From: a virus
Taxonomy: Duplodnaviria; Heunggongvirae; Uroviricota; Caudoviricetes
Reading direction: 5' to 3' (one strand)
IMG/VR virus record: IMGVR_UViG_3300028888_000044
Location: 195,539-259,538 of that record
Length of the DNA stretch: 64,000 nt
Below the pieces are notes generated by a model. It was given only the letters and a program-made list of their open reading frames with translations. It was not told the origin of the DNA and did no database searches. How positions within the stretch are numbered: the stretch's first letter is position 1; each line of letters starts with the position of its first letter. The translations under genes were made by a program, and so were the position numbers. Below, one piece after another: positions 30,895-41,510 of the stretch.

Positions 30895-31969
30895 AAACGG
30901 TAAGGTGCATCCTTTTATATCTGTAGTTAACGGCAAGCAAGTCTCCTACAATTTGGAAAATGACATTGTTCGTTTATATATGAAGAATGTAAGTTATCAT
31001 GATGGATATGGTAAGAGTGACCAACCATCGTTAATAAGACCATATTGTAGATTTGTAAATGAAAGTATTAGTTCAAGTTGGACGGAAATAACAAGACCAG
31101 TTTTATTGTTTGGAGATGGTGATACTGTTAAACTGACAAACGATAATAAAACTTTGTCATATCAACTTCAAAATGGCTGTGCGAAGATATACAACCTCAT
31201 ACCAAGATGCACATATACTTGGAAAATGTACAAGAGTGGTAAGGAGATTGACAAAGGAAGCTTTACTACTGAAGGCACAGTAAGAATGATAAAGCTAGGC
31301 GATTCTGTTAACTGTAGGGATATAGGTGGGTATCCTTGCGAAGGAGGTTACGTTGCATATAACAAGCTTATCAGAGGGATACAAATTGATAATGCCGACT
31401 ATGTATCTGTAGAAGCGCAAACTTTGAGGGATATGGGTATTACTGGTGAAGTTGACTTGAGGCTCAAGAATGGCAGATATACACCAAAAAACATTGGTTT
31501 AACATATTATGGAAGTGTATATGGGGCTTCAAAGGTTATTAAATCAGATAAATATGGTATTCTAGGTTATGCCCCATTGTTAACTAATACAAGAAACTTG
31601 AATAATTGTTTATTAGCAATTATAACTGAATTAGAAAAAGGTGGCGGTGTGTTTTTCCATTGTACATCTGGAGCAGATAGAACTGGAACATTTTCAGCTA
31701 TTTTGTTGGGATTGCTTGGTGTGTCTGAAGAAAACATAATAAAGGATTGGGAAATGACAAGTTTTTGTTGTTGGTACAATTTCAAGAGGATTGATACAGA
31801 AGATTTGAATGATTTCCCATTTGGAGAGATGAGAACATTCTTTAAGAAGCTTGATGCTTATAATGGAAATACTCTACAAGAAAAAATAATCTATTGGCTT
31901 ACAAATAAAGCAAGTGTAAAACAAGAAACAATTGATAAATTGAAGAATTTACTTATTGTTAAATCATAA
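30878..31969 (+). CDS. protein tyrosine phosphatase (IphP/Y_phosphatase3-like)
   Basis: NCRDIGGY, VDLR, FHCTSGADRTG (CX5R). Confidence 0.88.
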   Translation: MNIIVRNGKVHPFISVVNGKQVSYNLENDIVRLYMKNVSYHDGYGKSDQPSLIRPYCRFVNESISSSWTEITRPVLLFGDGDTVKLTNDNKTLSYQLQNGCAKIYNLIPRCTYTWKMYKSGKEIDKGSFTTEGTVRMIKLGDSVNCRDIGGYPCEGGYVAYNKLIRGIQIDNADYVSVEAQTLRDMGITGEVDLRLKNGRYTPKNIGLTYYGSVYGASKVIKSDKYGILGYAPLLTNTRNLNNCLLAIITELEKGGGVFFHCTSGADRTGTFSAILLGLLGVSEENIIKDWEMTSFCCWYNFKRIDTEDLNDFPFGEMRTFFKKLDAYNGNTLQEKIIYWLTNKASVKQETIDKLKNLLIVKS

Positions 31970-31985
31970 AAATAGTTTTTGATAT

Positions 31986-32660
31986 ATGGTAAATATTACT
32001 AAGGATTTTAGAAATTTTGCAAATAGTTGTGGCGTGCCAACGAGCGTATGTGATGATTTCACTAAGTATATAAACAACTCTTTAACACCAGTAGTACTTG
32101 AGGAAAGAAAGCTTCAAGCAACTGCTGTGGACGTGTTTTCACGTCTATTGTATGACAGACAAATATTCTTTGGCTCTAATTTTACACCAGAGGCTTGCAA
32201 CGTGGTAATTGCCGAATTAATGTATTTGGCTTCACTTAACAGCAGTGACATTAGCATTATGATTAACAGCCAAGGTGGTAGCGTAATTGATGGATTGGCC
32301 ATCATTGACACAATAAATTGGATTAAATCAAAGCATCATTGCGATGTTGCGACAATCTGCATTGGTATGGCAGCATCTATGGGTGCTGTGCTTCTTACGA
32401 GCGGAGCTAAGGACAAGAGATATATTCTGCCTCACAGTAGAGTTATGATTCATCAAGTTTCAAGCTTTACAAGCGGAAGCTTGAAGGATATGGAAATTGA
32501 AATCAGCGAGTCACAAAGATGCAGAGATGACATATACAAGATTTTGACAGAAACAACTGGTAAATCAATGGATGAAATAGTTGCAGCTTGTGACAGAAAC
32601 AATTGGATGCACGGACAAGAGGTTATTGATTTTGGTCTTGCTGACCACATTTTAACATAA
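31986..32660 (+). CDS. clpP: ATP-dependent Clp protease proteolytic subunit
   Basis: DVFSRLL, INSQGGSV, GMAASMG (catalytic Ser), MIHQ, DRNNWM. Confidence 0.93.
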   Translation: MVNITKDFRNFANSCGVPTSVCDDFTKYINNSLTPVVLEERKLQATAVDVFSRLLYDRQIFFGSNFTPEACNVVIAELMYLASLNSSDISIMINSQGGSVIDGLAIIDTINWIKSKHHCDVATICIGMAASMGAVLLTSGAKDKRYILPHSRVMIHQVSSFTSGSLKDMEIEISESQRCRDDIYKILTETTGKSMDEIVAACDRNNWMHGQEVIDFGLADHILT

Positions 32661-32841
32661 TTTGATTTGTCTTTTTTTATGTTCAAAAATATTTAATATA
32701 TATGATGCATTTTTCACCTATACAATATTGAATCGGAACAATCCTACATTTTTATATAATTTACTTTGGGATAATCAAACATATGGGTTTGCAAAGATGC
32801 ATCATATTTTATTATAACTGATTAAAAAAAGATATAAAAAT

Positions 32842-32958
32842 ATGGCATGCGCGTGTAAACAAGGTAAAACAGCATCATTGTCAAGGGCAATCGTCAAGAG
32901 ACCAACTAAAATCTCAAGTAACGGCAACAGACGAGTTGTAAGGAGAATATTGAAGTGA
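32842..32958 (+). CDS. small basic Cys-start peptide (MACACKQGK..., 38 aa)
   Basis: Read by eye; A-rich leader. Confidence 0.55.
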   Translation: MACACKQGKTASLSRAIVKRPTKISSNGNRRVVRRILK

Positions 32959-33018
32959 TAGTTAAACTTTTGAAAATTAGATGATATTTATTTACAATTA
33001 AAAAAATATTGTAAATAA

Positions 33019-33342
33019 ATGAACAGAGATTTATACGAGGAACTCAAGAATATAGAATTCAAACCAATTACATTTGGGCTTTATAATAGGATTGATGATG
33101 ATATGATACCGTCATATCTTGGGAAGAAGAATCACGAGATATATGGTATCGATGATTTCGTCTATTATTCAATACCATTGGATAAAAAGGAAAAGTTCTT
33201 GTTGTCAATACACAACAAGGACATCATCAACAGTATCAAGACTTTGAAGTCCAAGATAGAAGGTAAGGATTGCTTGGTTGATGTTGATTACAAGGAAAGT
33301 AGAATTAATGTTATTAAATTAATTAACGAAGAATTATTTTAA
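33019..33342 (+). CDS. hypothetical protein
   Basis: ORF track; hairpin plus T-run after the stop. Confidence 0.65.
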   Translation: MNRDLYEELKNIEFKPITFGLYNRIDDDMIPSYLGKKNHEIYGIDDFVYYSIPLDKKEKFLLSIHNKDIINSIKTLKSKIEGKDCLVDVDYKESRINVIKLINEELF

Positions 33343-33422
33343 CGGGATTTTTATATAAAAATCTCGTTTTTTTTTATTTTTTAACTATTTTTTGTATATA
33401 TTAACAATAAACATATGATTGT

Positions 33423-34286
33423 ATGGAATTCGAGACAAGTAGATATGACATAGATATTCAGAACGAACCAATAGAGGCAAGAGAAGCTAGAAAACTTATA
33501 TTAGAGACATTCAAGGATTTGTCCTTTATAGAAGAAGGACACAAGTATTATTTAAACGGTGAAGAGCTAATATCAGTAACTACACTAATAAAGAGATTTG
33601 TTGAGGAAACAGACTTCAATGAAGTAGCTGAAAAGAAGGCAATCAGAGACGGTTGCAGCGCTCAAGAGCTGTTGGATAAATGGCAGTTTATCAACTTGAA
33701 GGCAACAACAACTGGTACTCTTGTGCACGAATTCGGTGAAAGCTATGGTTGGATGATAAATGGTCATCCAGAACTTATAACAGAGTCTTGCAGAATGAAA
33801 TACGTTAAAAATAAGAATTGGATGATTCCAACAAGAAAGAAAGAAGAGGCAATAATATGTTTTATGAATGATTTGCCAAAGTCATATCACTTGGTTCTGA
33901 ACGAAGCTAGAGTATATAGCGGTTTGAACAGTGATGAAGCAAAGAATCCAAAACAAAAATATTGCGGAACTTTCGATATGCTTTACTATTATGATGGAGA
34001 TGGTGATAAAAATAAGGCTGGATTTGTAATATTCGATTACAAGACAAATTCAAAGATTGAAAGCGAGTATAATAGGACTAACGGTAAGCACTTGTTGGAA
34101 CCTTTTATTAATATGGTTGAAGAAGCAAAGTCAGAATATACTCTTCAGTTGTCAGCATACCAAATACCATTGGAAGATATTGGTCTGAAGGTGATAGGAA
34201 GAAGGTTGATATGGTTGAAGGATGATGGTACATATGAAAAGATACCTTTGATTGATGTATCTTCAACTTTAAGAAATGTTTTATGA
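33423..34286 (+). CDS. PD-(D/E)xK (RecB/Cas4-like) exonuclease
   Basis: SVTT, GTLVH, GTFD, IFDYKT, LQLSAY. Confidence 0.85.
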   Translation: MEFETSRYDIDIQNEPIEAREARKLILETFKDLSFIEEGHKYYLNGEELISVTTLIKRFVEETDFNEVAEKKAIRDGCSAQELLDKWQFINLKATTTGTLVHEFGESYGWMINGHPELITESCRMKYVKNKNWMIPTRKKEEAIICFMNDLPKSYHLVLNEARVYSGLNSDEAKNPKQKYCGTFDMLYYYDGDGDKNKAGFVIFDYKTNSKIESEYNRTNGKHLLEPFINMVEEAKSEYTLQLSAYQIPLEDIGLKVIGRRLIWLKDDGTYEKIPLIDVSSTLRNVL

Positions 34287-34304
34287 TTTTTTAACATATT
34301 TTTC

Positions 34305-34335
34305 TTTGTTATTTAAAATTTATATAATATCTTTG
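34305..34335 (+). promoter_or_regulatory. Bacteroidota-type promoter
   Basis: TTTG-N19-TATCTTTG. Confidence 0.75.
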
Positions 34336-34340
34336 CAGCA

Positions 34341-34553
34341 ATGATTGATATAGATAAAATCGAAATAGGCGATATTATTATTGCAAAGGATGATGGTAGA
34401 CCATATAAAATAATTGAGTTCTACCCAAATTATAGATATAATATTAGCGATGACAATGTGTATTTAATACATTATGTTACAATTTTTTGTGAGTGTGATA
34501 ACATTGAAAGGACGATTAATGTAGATGTTAGAACAGAAATAATCACACGTTAA
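34341..34553 (+). CDS. hypothetical protein
   Basis: ORF track; very short leader after the promoter. Confidence 0.55.
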   Translation: MIDIDKIEIGDIIIAKDDGRPYKIIEFYPNYRYNISDDNVYLIHYVTIFCECDNIERTINVDVRTEIITR

Positions 34554-34565
34554 TACAATAAAAAT

Positions 34566-35396
34566 ATGACAACAAATGCTATTATTGGTACAATATTCGG
34601 TGACATTGTAGGTAGTGTATTCGAGGTTAACAACACCAAAAACTATAACTTTAAGATGTGTGGTTGGGATACTCATTATACTGATGACACTGTACTTACA
34701 ATTGCAACAGCAGACTGGCTTGCTCACGGAGGTTCAGTTGAATCATATTATGACACATACGGACACAAGTATCCTTGTGGATATGGAAAGGGGTTCCGCA
34801 CATGGCTTAATGCAATAGGTTCTGCAAAAAATAAATGCCACAGTGAAGGCAATGGCTCTGCAATGAGGGTTTCACCAATTGGTTGCTATGCGCAGACAAT
34901 TGAAGATGTATTAGGTCTTGCTGAAACTTCAGCTTTGTGCACACATAATACACAAGATGGCATCGAAGGTGCTAAATTTGTAGCTGCTGCAATCTTCTGG
35001 ATTAGAAAGGGTTGTAGTAAGGAACAAGTTAAGGAAAATCTTGCAGCAATTACATCATACAATATCGACTTGAAATATGATGAAATAAAGGATGATTACG
35101 GTTGGAAATACGGAGCAACTTGCAAGGGGACAGTACCGTATGCATTTATCGCATTCTACGAGTCAAACAGCTTTGAGGACGCAATCAGACGCGCAGTTTC
35201 ACTTGGAGGTGATTCGGATACAATTGCTGCCATTTGTGGTGGTATGGCTGCTGCATATTATGGCATTCCACAGAAGTATGTTGATTTTGTATGTGAGAAG
35301 CTTCCTAAAGAGTTTCTTGATGTAATCAACCAATTCGATGGCAAAGCGTTGTCATACTTAAAGAAAGATAAAGAAAATATAAATGAGGAATTTTAA
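34566..35396 (+). CDS. ADP-ribosylglycohydrolase (DraG family)
   Basis: GDIVGS, YTDDT, GNGSAMR, TH, GGDSDT. Confidence 0.92.
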   Translation: MTTNAIIGTIFGDIVGSVFEVNNTKNYNFKMCGWDTHYTDDTVLTIATADWLAHGGSVESYYDTYGHKYPCGYGKGFRTWLNAIGSAKNKCHSEGNGSAMRVSPIGCYAQTIEDVLGLAETSALCTHNTQDGIEGAKFVAAAIFWIRKGCSKEQVKENLAAITSYNIDLKYDEIKDDYGWKYGATCKGTVPYAFIAFYESNSFEDAIRRAVSLGGDSDTIAAICGGMAAAYYGIPQKYVDFVCEKLPKEFLDVINQFDGKALSYLKKDKENINEEF

Positions 35397-35907
35397 GGAC
35401 GAGATTATTGACTGTTTTCCTCGTGATGTGGATGGACACATTCAAATACCACTCAATATAGATATTGACGGTACTGTTATCAAGCACGGATATGACGTGG
35501 ATGAAGATAGCTTCATAATTAACGGTAATGCGCCAGAAATATTGAAAAGATGGGTTGACGAATATAATTGTGCAATAAACATCTACACCACAAGGCAAGG
35601 AGCAAAAGAGGATGAGGCTATTAGACTGTTCTTGAAGTTGGGCATACCTTTTGAAAGTGTAGGGGGTAACGAACAACAGATTAGATGGACTTCTAGTGCT
35701 AAACAGTACGGTTTTGTAATAGATGATATGAGTGCCGTAAAGGTTGACTATGACGAAAACGGTAGGGCATTTGTTGATTGGGACGAAATTGTAAACGTGT
35801 TTGAGCCTCGTCTTAAATACATGAAGAGATTAATTGACGAAATCGAAAACGATAAATTTAAAGTAGCATCTAATGAAAGTGTACGTAATGTCTCAATATC
35901 TGTTTAA
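35383..35907 (+). CDS. HAD-superfamily phosphatase
   Basis: DIDGT motif I, YTTR, IDD motif IV. Confidence 0.7.
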   Translation: MRNFKDEIIDCFPRDVDGHIQIPLNIDIDGTVIKHGYDVDEDSFIINGNAPEILKRWVDEYNCAINIYTTRQGAKEDEAIRLFLKLGIPFESVGGNEQQIRWTSSAKQYGFVIDDMSAVKVDYDENGRAFVDWDEIVNVFEPRLKYMKRLIDEIENDKFKVASNESVRNVSISV

Positions 35908-36331
35908 TGAATTTTGCATTGAAAACAAATTTTGTGACAACAACATAGAAGACAATCAAAATATAGCATTCATTTCTATTATTGGAACTAAAGGTAATGA
36001 CGATTCTTCGCATTTCTTTAAGAATAACCATTTGAATGTGTTGAATTTGGAATTCGATGATGTATTACAAGATGGTGTTCTTTTTGAACGTAAATATAAG
36101 GCAATTTCATCAGACCAAGCAGACCAAATAGTCGCTTTTATCGAAGCCAACAAGGATAAGGATTTCTATGTACATTGTTTAGCTGGAATTTCTAGGAGTG
36201 GTGCTATTGGTACGTTCATTTCAGAATACTGTGGACACGATTTAGTGGCAAGCGGTCTACATCCTAACGTTGAGGTTTTATCAAAGCTTAGAAGAGCTTC
36301 TATTTTTAAGGAATGGTTTAATTTGATTTGA
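35873..36331 (+). CDS. dual-specificity/PTP-like phosphatase
   Basis: FDD loop, VHCLAGISRS. Confidence 0.85.
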   Translation: MKVYVMSQYLFNEFCIENKFCDNNIEDNQNIAFISIIGTKGNDDSSHFFKNNHLNVLNLEFDDVLQDGVLFERKYKAISSDQADQIVAFIEANKDKDFYVHCLAGISRSGAIGTFISEYCGHDLVASGLHPNVEVLSKLRRASIFKEWFNLI

Positions 36332-36340
36332 TTTGATAAA

Positions 36341-36736
36341 ATGGAATTGAAATTGTCTTCATTTAATAATATATCAGAGCTGTTAGCACATTCTGATTTC
36401 GTACCATCCAGATATATTGGTGATAAAATTGTATTTTGTGTGTTCAGAAAGACGCCAGCATTGAGTAAGAATGGCAAACCTATGCTCAAAAAGAAGTGGG
36501 ATAATATATGCCTTGCATCTTGTATAGTTGACCCAAACAGTGGGCATTGTGATGAAATACATTATCATCATAAGGCGTTGGTTAATGGCTCGAAAACACC
36601 AGTATATCGCACTTTGGCTAAAATTGTTTCTGAAGATTGGATTGTGGATGACAATACCAAACAATTGGTTGTTGGTAGAGCTTTCAACAAGGAGACAAAA
36701 CGTTACGAACGATTTGAACAAGAATACGTTAGATAG
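36341..36736 (+). CDS. hypothetical protein
   Basis: ORF track. Confidence 0.65.
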   Translation: MELKLSSFNNISELLAHSDFVPSRYIGDKIVFCVFRKTPALSKNGKPMLKKKWDNICLASCIVDPNSGHCDEIHYHHKALVNGSKTPVYRTLAKIVSEDWIVDDNTKQLVVGRAFNKETKRYERFEQEYVR

Positions 36737-36737
36737 T

Positions 36738-37055
36738 ATGGGAATTATATCAGAACAGATTAGGACTGCAAGAAAGACGCACGTATGCGACTTTTGCGGT
36801 GACACTATATTCAAGGATATGAAGTATTGTGATATGGCATATACTGCAAAAGGTCAAATTCGCAATTACAAGTATCACGAAGAGTGTGCTGTACTTGTGA
36901 AAGATATTCATAAAGAGAAAGATGAATTTGTAGATAATATCAGTGTCGCAAAAACAGCTAAAGACGTTATGACAAGTTGCGGAATCCAAACTTCCAATTT
37001 GGCAAAATGGATTGCTATTCAATGGAATGAAATCAAACAAGCTACAAAGACTTAA
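36738..37055 (+). CDS. small putative Zn-binding protein
   Basis: RTARKTHVCDFC...HEEC; ATG 1 nt after the previous stop. Confidence 0.65.
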   Translation: MGIISEQIRTARKTHVCDFCGDTIFKDMKYCDMAYTAKGQIRNYKYHEECAVLVKDIHKEKDEFVDNISVAKTAKDVMTSCGIQTSNLAKWIAIQWNEIKQATKT

Positions 37056-37085
37056 AATAAATAAAGATGGAAAAACATAAAATTA

Positions 37086-37298
37086 ATGGAGAAGAAATAC
37101 ATTTTCAAGAAACCATATGTAACTGAATGGGGTACACTACCAGTAGGTTCTGATATTGTACTTTTTCGTGGTTTCGTTTATTTCAATGGTGGTATGGTAA
37201 CACCAGCTTATGCAGATATTTTGCGTAACATTGTAACTGACCCAAAGCTCAAGACCGAGTATTTGGACGAGCAAGTAATCGAGAAAAATGAGTTTTGA
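37086..37298 (+). CDS. hypothetical protein
   Basis: ORF track. Confidence 0.65.
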   Translation: MEKKYIFKKPYVTEWGTLPVGSDIVLFRGFVYFNGGMVTPAYADILRNIVTDPKLKTEYLDEQVIEKNEF

Positions 37299-37554
37299 TA
37301 GGTCACAACTTGCAGAAATGGGTTATGAAGATGTACTTCTTTTAGACCCAATCGGTCTTGATAAGGCAATCGTAGGCATAAGCAGTGATGGTAGGGCGGT
37401 ATATGATTATGACAAGCTTGTAGAGGCTTTTTGCGAAGTCGATAATATGACAGAAGAAGAGGCTGTTGAATGGATTGATTATAACGTGTTGAGGTCTTTA
37501 CCATATTATCCCAACTCACCTGTAATTATGAACAACTTAAATGAAATAATGTAA
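37288..37554 (+). CDS. phage hypothetical protein
   Basis: DKAIVG..AVYDY...MTEEEAVEWIDYN. Confidence 0.7.
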   Translation: MSFDRSQLAEMGYEDVLLLDPIGLDKAIVGISSDGRAVYDYDKLVEAFCEVDNMTEEEAVEWIDYNVLRSLPYYPNSPVIMNNLNEIM

Positions 37555-38213
37555 TGTGTAATAATGAAAAGAAAGTCTTTATAACATCAGACTTACATAT
37601 AGGCCACAAGAACATCCTTAAACATCAGCCAAATAGGATTGAATTTATGGGGCTTAAGGACTACGATGACATTGAAGGACACGACAACTATATTTTCAAT
37701 CTGTTCGAAACAACAGTCAAAAAGAATGATGAAGTATTCATCTTGGGCGATTTGGCTCTGTTGCCTATTGAGGAAGCAAGAAAGGCTATACTCAAATTGA
37801 AGCGAAAGGGGGCTAATATTCATCTTGTGGTTGGGAATCACGACAAGACAAATACAAGGTTGGGTACACTGTTTAGTTCGATGACTCCTTTGAAGGAGTA
37901 TAAGTTCAAGAAGACACAATTTCCTTTTTTGGATGGCACTTTTAGGTGTGTGATGTGTCATTATCCGTTAGTTACTTGGGCTGATAAAACTCACGGAAGC
38001 GTTTGCTTGCACGGACATACACACAACAATTCTCCTTGGGAAAATACTGGTTGTGATTTGAGACTGAACGTTGGTATTGATACTGATTTTGCCCAAGGTA
38101 AGTTAATAACGTTGGAGCAAGTTTATGATTGGTATAATAAAAAATTAGATGGGTTGACACCAGAAGAATATATTCAGAAATGTACTGATGAAAATCCAAC
38201 ATTTGTTAGGTAA
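37554..38213 (+). CDS. calcineurin-like metallophosphoesterase
   Basis: SDLH, GD, GNHD, CHYP, HGHTH. Confidence 0.9.
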   Translation: MCNNEKKVFITSDLHIGHKNILKHQPNRIEFMGLKDYDDIEGHDNYIFNLFETTVKKNDEVFILGDLALLPIEEARKAILKLKRKGANIHLVVGNHDKTNTRLGTLFSSMTPLKEYKFKKTQFPFLDGTFRCVMCHYPLVTWADKTHGSVCLHGHTHNNSPWENTGCDLRLNVGIDTDFAQGKLITLEQVYDWYNKKLDGLTPEEYIQKCTDENPTFVR

Positions 38214-38243
38214 AAAATAATAAAATATAAAAATTAAAATGTT

Positions 38244-38648
38244 ATGAGTAAAACACGCACTTATTCGTTATGGGGTGTTGCAACCGACAAGTACGGTGCA
38301 AAGCACTATGTGACTGTTGTCGGACAGAGAGCACAAGAAAAGGTGACTTTGCAAGTTGCTGAAAAGACACAAGTCACAGATGAAAATGGAAAGACACGAA
38401 ATGCTACGGTATTAGTTGATTATCCAAAGACTTTAAGAACGTTCAAAATGGCTAAGGCTATTTGCGACCCAAGAGATACGTTCGATGAAAAGTATGGCAT
38501 CAAGTTGGCAGAGAGCAGAATTGCACATGACGATGTAATTGGTACACAGACATCCTTTGATGCAACAATGCTTAATGATGACCAATGTGAGATGCTTGTT
38601 CTTACAGAGGTTAGGCATATCTGCAAACATATTGATATGTACATTTAA
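38244..38648 (+). CDS. hypothetical protein
   Basis: ORF track; C.P.D.FD..YG..LA pattern. Confidence 0.7.
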   Translation: MSKTRTYSLWGVATDKYGAKHYVTVVGQRAQEKVTLQVAEKTQVTDENGKTRNATVLVDYPKTLRTFKMAKAICDPRDTFDEKYGIKLAESRIAHDDVIGTQTSFDATMLNDDQCEMLVLTEVRHICKHIDMYI

Positions 38649-38730
38649 CCTTTTTTAACAAAAATTATTTATTAATTGCCTTTTTTTATTTATATAATTG
38701 CATTGAAATTAATTTTAAAAGTTGACTAAT

Positions 38731-39441
38731 ATGGAACTGTTACATCAGACTTACACTAAAATTAACACCTTATACAAGCGTGTACTTGAGGGAGCTAACA
38801 AGGGAAAGATTATCATCGGTGAGTATTCAGATGCTGTTGTGGAGTATCTCAAGGATTGCAAGTGGTTGTGGTACGAGAAGATTGATGGTACTAACTTTGC
38901 TTGCTATTGGGATGGTCACAAGAAGGAATATCACGGAAAGACGGTGAATGCACAAATCAAGCAAGATTGGATTGATGCATTGGACAAAATCTTCACTACA
39001 GAAAAGTTGGCTTCAGTATTCCCAATCAAGTATGACGCAGATGGAAACGAGATTCCTTTCTTGGTTCGCATCTATGGTGAACTTCACGGAAAGGGTATTC
39101 AAGGTGGTATGGGAAAGGCGTATGCCGATGCAGCAAGCACAGACTACATCTTCCGTGTATTTGACATTAATATCGGAGAATGGTGGCTTGAAATGGAATC
39201 TGTAAAGGATTGCGCAGATGCCCTTGGATTGGAAATGTGTCCATTCGTTGGAGAAATGACTGTGGGTGAGGCTGAAGCTATGGTTATCAAGGGTTTCAAG
39301 TCTTATGTGGCTGATTGTCAAGCAGAAGGTCTTGTAGGTAGGCCAAAGTTTGGTCTACGTATGAGGAACGGTGGACGAATTATGGTCAAGATTAAGACTT
39401 GTGACTATCGTCAACTTGGTATTCTTGGTATTACAGAATAA
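38731..39441 (+). CDS. ATP-dependent RNA ligase (Rnl2-like nucleotidyltransferase domain)
   Basis: Motif I EKIDGTN, YGE, VFDI, EGLV, VKIK. Confidence 0.82.
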   Translation: MELLHQTYTKINTLYKRVLEGANKGKIIIGEYSDAVVEYLKDCKWLWYEKIDGTNFACYWDGHKKEYHGKTVNAQIKQDWIDALDKIFTTEKLASVFPIKYDADGNEIPFLVRIYGELHGKGIQGGMGKAYADAASTDYIFRVFDINIGEWWLEMESVKDCADALGLEMCPFVGEMTVGEAEAMVIKGFKSYVADCQAEGLVGRPKFGLRMRNGGRIMVKIKTCDYRQLGILGITE

Positions 39442-39481
39442 TAATAAAAACAAATAGTATTAATTAAACAAGTAAAATTAA

Positions 39482-41368
39482 ATGAGAAAAGCAATTGGTA
39501 TTGACTTGGGTACGTCTACTTCGTGTGTGGCAACTGTAGAGGGTGGTAAACCAACTGTAATTGCTAATTCAGAGGGTAGGAACACCACACCTTCAGTGGT
39601 GTTTATCGAAAATGACGAGGTTAAGGTAGGTGATGCAGCCAACCGTCAGAGGGTTGCAAAGCCATCTAACACTGTTGTCTGGGTTAAGCGTCTTATGGGC
39701 GTGGATTATGCACAAGCAGAGAGTGTTATCCCTCACATTTCGTATAAGGTTATCAACAAGGGTGGTAAGCCACGAATCAACATCAGTGGCAAGCAGTTTA
39801 GCCCAGAGGAGATTTCTGCACGTATTCTTACAAAGATGAAGAAGAGTGCTGAAGATTACCTTGGACACGAAGTTACTGATGCCGTGATTACTGTACCAGC
39901 GTGGTTTGACAACAACGCTCGTGAGGCAACACAGCTTGCTGGTAGTCTTGCAGGACTTAACGTACTTCGAGTAATCAATGAACCTACTTCTGCAATCTTG
40001 GCAGCTTCCTTGAACAACAAGGAGGATAAGAATGTACTTGTAGCTGACATCGGTGGTGGTACTACTGACTTCAGTGTATGCCAAGTATCAGACGGTATGG
40101 TAGAGGTGCTTGCTTCGCGTGGTGACGTTTTCTTGGGTGGTGCTGACTTTGACAACGCAATCCTCAAGTGGATGGTTGAAGAGTTCAAGAACGACTCCGA
40201 GAACGGTGGGGTTGACTTGTCAACCGATGCGCAAGCAATGCAGCGAATGCTTGATGAAGCGGAAAAGGCAAAGATTTCGTTCTCAAACGGAAATGCCTAT
40301 GACTTCAACATTCCTTACATTACAGCCGTAAATGGCACACCAAAGCACTTTGTAAAGACTCTTACAAAAGCCAAGTTTGAGCAGCTTACTGCCCATTTGG
40401 TCGAAAAGATTGTAGGCAAGGCTAAGGAGGCTATGGAGGCTGCAAAATCTCCAAAGATTGACTGTATTCTTCTTGTCGGTGGACAGAGTAGGTCTACAGC
40501 AATCAGAGAAGCCCTTTCGAAGGAGTTTGGTGTTAAGTTGGAGCACAGTGTTAATCCAGACGAGGCTGTTGCGCTTGGTGCTTCTATCCTTGCAGACACC
40601 TTGGTTAATGGCGATTCTTCTGTAGGTGGAAACATTCTTCTTGTTGACAAGACATCGTTGCGTTTCGGTATCGAAACTTATGGTGGTGTTATGACAACTC
40701 TTATCGAGGAAGATACCACTATGCCTTGCAAGAAGGTTGAGAACTTCTCGACTACAGTAGACAATCAGACTGCCGTAGAGATTTCGGTATTGCAAGGTAA
40801 TCGCCCACTTGCCAAGGACAACAAGCAGATTGGTATGTTCCGTCTTGAGGGTATTCTTCCAGCACCTCGTGGAGTGCCGCGTATTGAGGTTACGTTCGAT
40901 ATTGACACGAACGGTGTTCTTACCGTCAGTGCAAAGGACACTGCAACCAACAAGGAGCAGCACATTACGATTCAGTCCAAGTCTTCAATGACTAAGGAAG
41001 AAATCGAGAAGGCTCGTAGGGATGCCGAAATGTTTGCCGAGGCTGACAAGCAAGCAAAACAGAATGCTGATACCATCAATGAAGCAGAAAATGCACTTTT
41101 CAATTCAGAAAAGTCCCTTAAGGACAACAAGGACAATCTGACAAGTGAGGAAAATGCAGAGGTGGAGAGCATTCACAAGGACTTGAAGGAGTCTATTGAC
41201 AAGAAAGACTATAGTGCCATTAAGTCGAATTCGGAACGTCTGTCTTCGAAGTGGAGAGACATCAGTGAGCGTATCTACAACGCTAACAAGTCTTCAGAGA
41301 CCACTACAAACAATGGTGAAACCAAGGCAACTGACGATGCCGAGGATGTCACATTTGAAGAGGTCTAA
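39482..41368 (+). CDS. dnaK: Hsp70 chaperone
   Basis: GIDLGT, TTPS, AVITVPA, INEPT, DIGGGT, NPDEAVA, APRGVP. Confidence 0.97.
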   Translation: MRKAIGIDLGTSTSCVATVEGGKPTVIANSEGRNTTPSVVFIENDEVKVGDAANRQRVAKPSNTVVWVKRLMGVDYAQAESVIPHISYKVINKGGKPRINISGKQFSPEEISARILTKMKKSAEDYLGHEVTDAVITVPAWFDNNAREATQLAGSLAGLNVLRVINEPTSAILAASLNNKEDKNVLVADIGGGTTDFSVCQVSDGMVEVLASRGDVFLGGADFDNAILKWMVEEFKNDSENGGVDLSTDAQAMQRMLDEAEKAKISFSNGNAYDFNIPYITAVNGTPKHFVKTLTKAKFEQLTAHLVEKIVGKAKEAMEAAKSPKIDCILLVGGQSRSTAIREALSKEFGVKLEHSVNPDEAVALGASILADTLVNGDSSVGGNILLVDKTSLRFGIETYGGVMTTLIEEDTTMPCKKVENFSTTVDNQTAVEISVLQGNRPLAKDNKQIGMFRLEGILPAPRGVPRIEVTFDIDTNGVLTVSAKDTATNKEQHITIQSKSSMTKEEIEKARRDAEMFAEADKQAKQNADTINEAENALFNSEKSLKDNKDNLTSEENAEVESIHKDLKESIDKKDYSAIKSNSERLSSKWRDISERIYNANKSSETTTNNGETKATDDAEDVTFEEV

Positions 41369-41458
41369 ATCTTTCTTGGAAAACAAAAGAATAATCAAGG
41401 ATAAAAATCTTTGATTATTCTTCTGTATTTATACTTTAAATAATTTTAACAAAAAAAA

Positions 41459-41490
41459 ATTGTTTTTTATATTATTTATTTGTATCTTTG
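41459..41490 (+). promoter_or_regulatory. Bacteroidota-type promoter
   Basis: aTTG-N20-TATCTTTG. Confidence 0.65.
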
Positions 41491-41510
41491 CATAAAATTA
41501 ATAATTAATA

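Noticed and set aside
33423-34286. Cas4 as evidence of a CRISPR system
   Set aside because: Stand-alone PD-(D/E)xK exonuclease lacking the C-terminal Cys cluster; no array seen.
40283-40963. Long antisense ORFs (226 aa here; also 4369-4899, 10881-11336, 39593-40084, 60703-61161)
   Set aside because: Shadow ORFs opposite well-supported genes, with no motifs.
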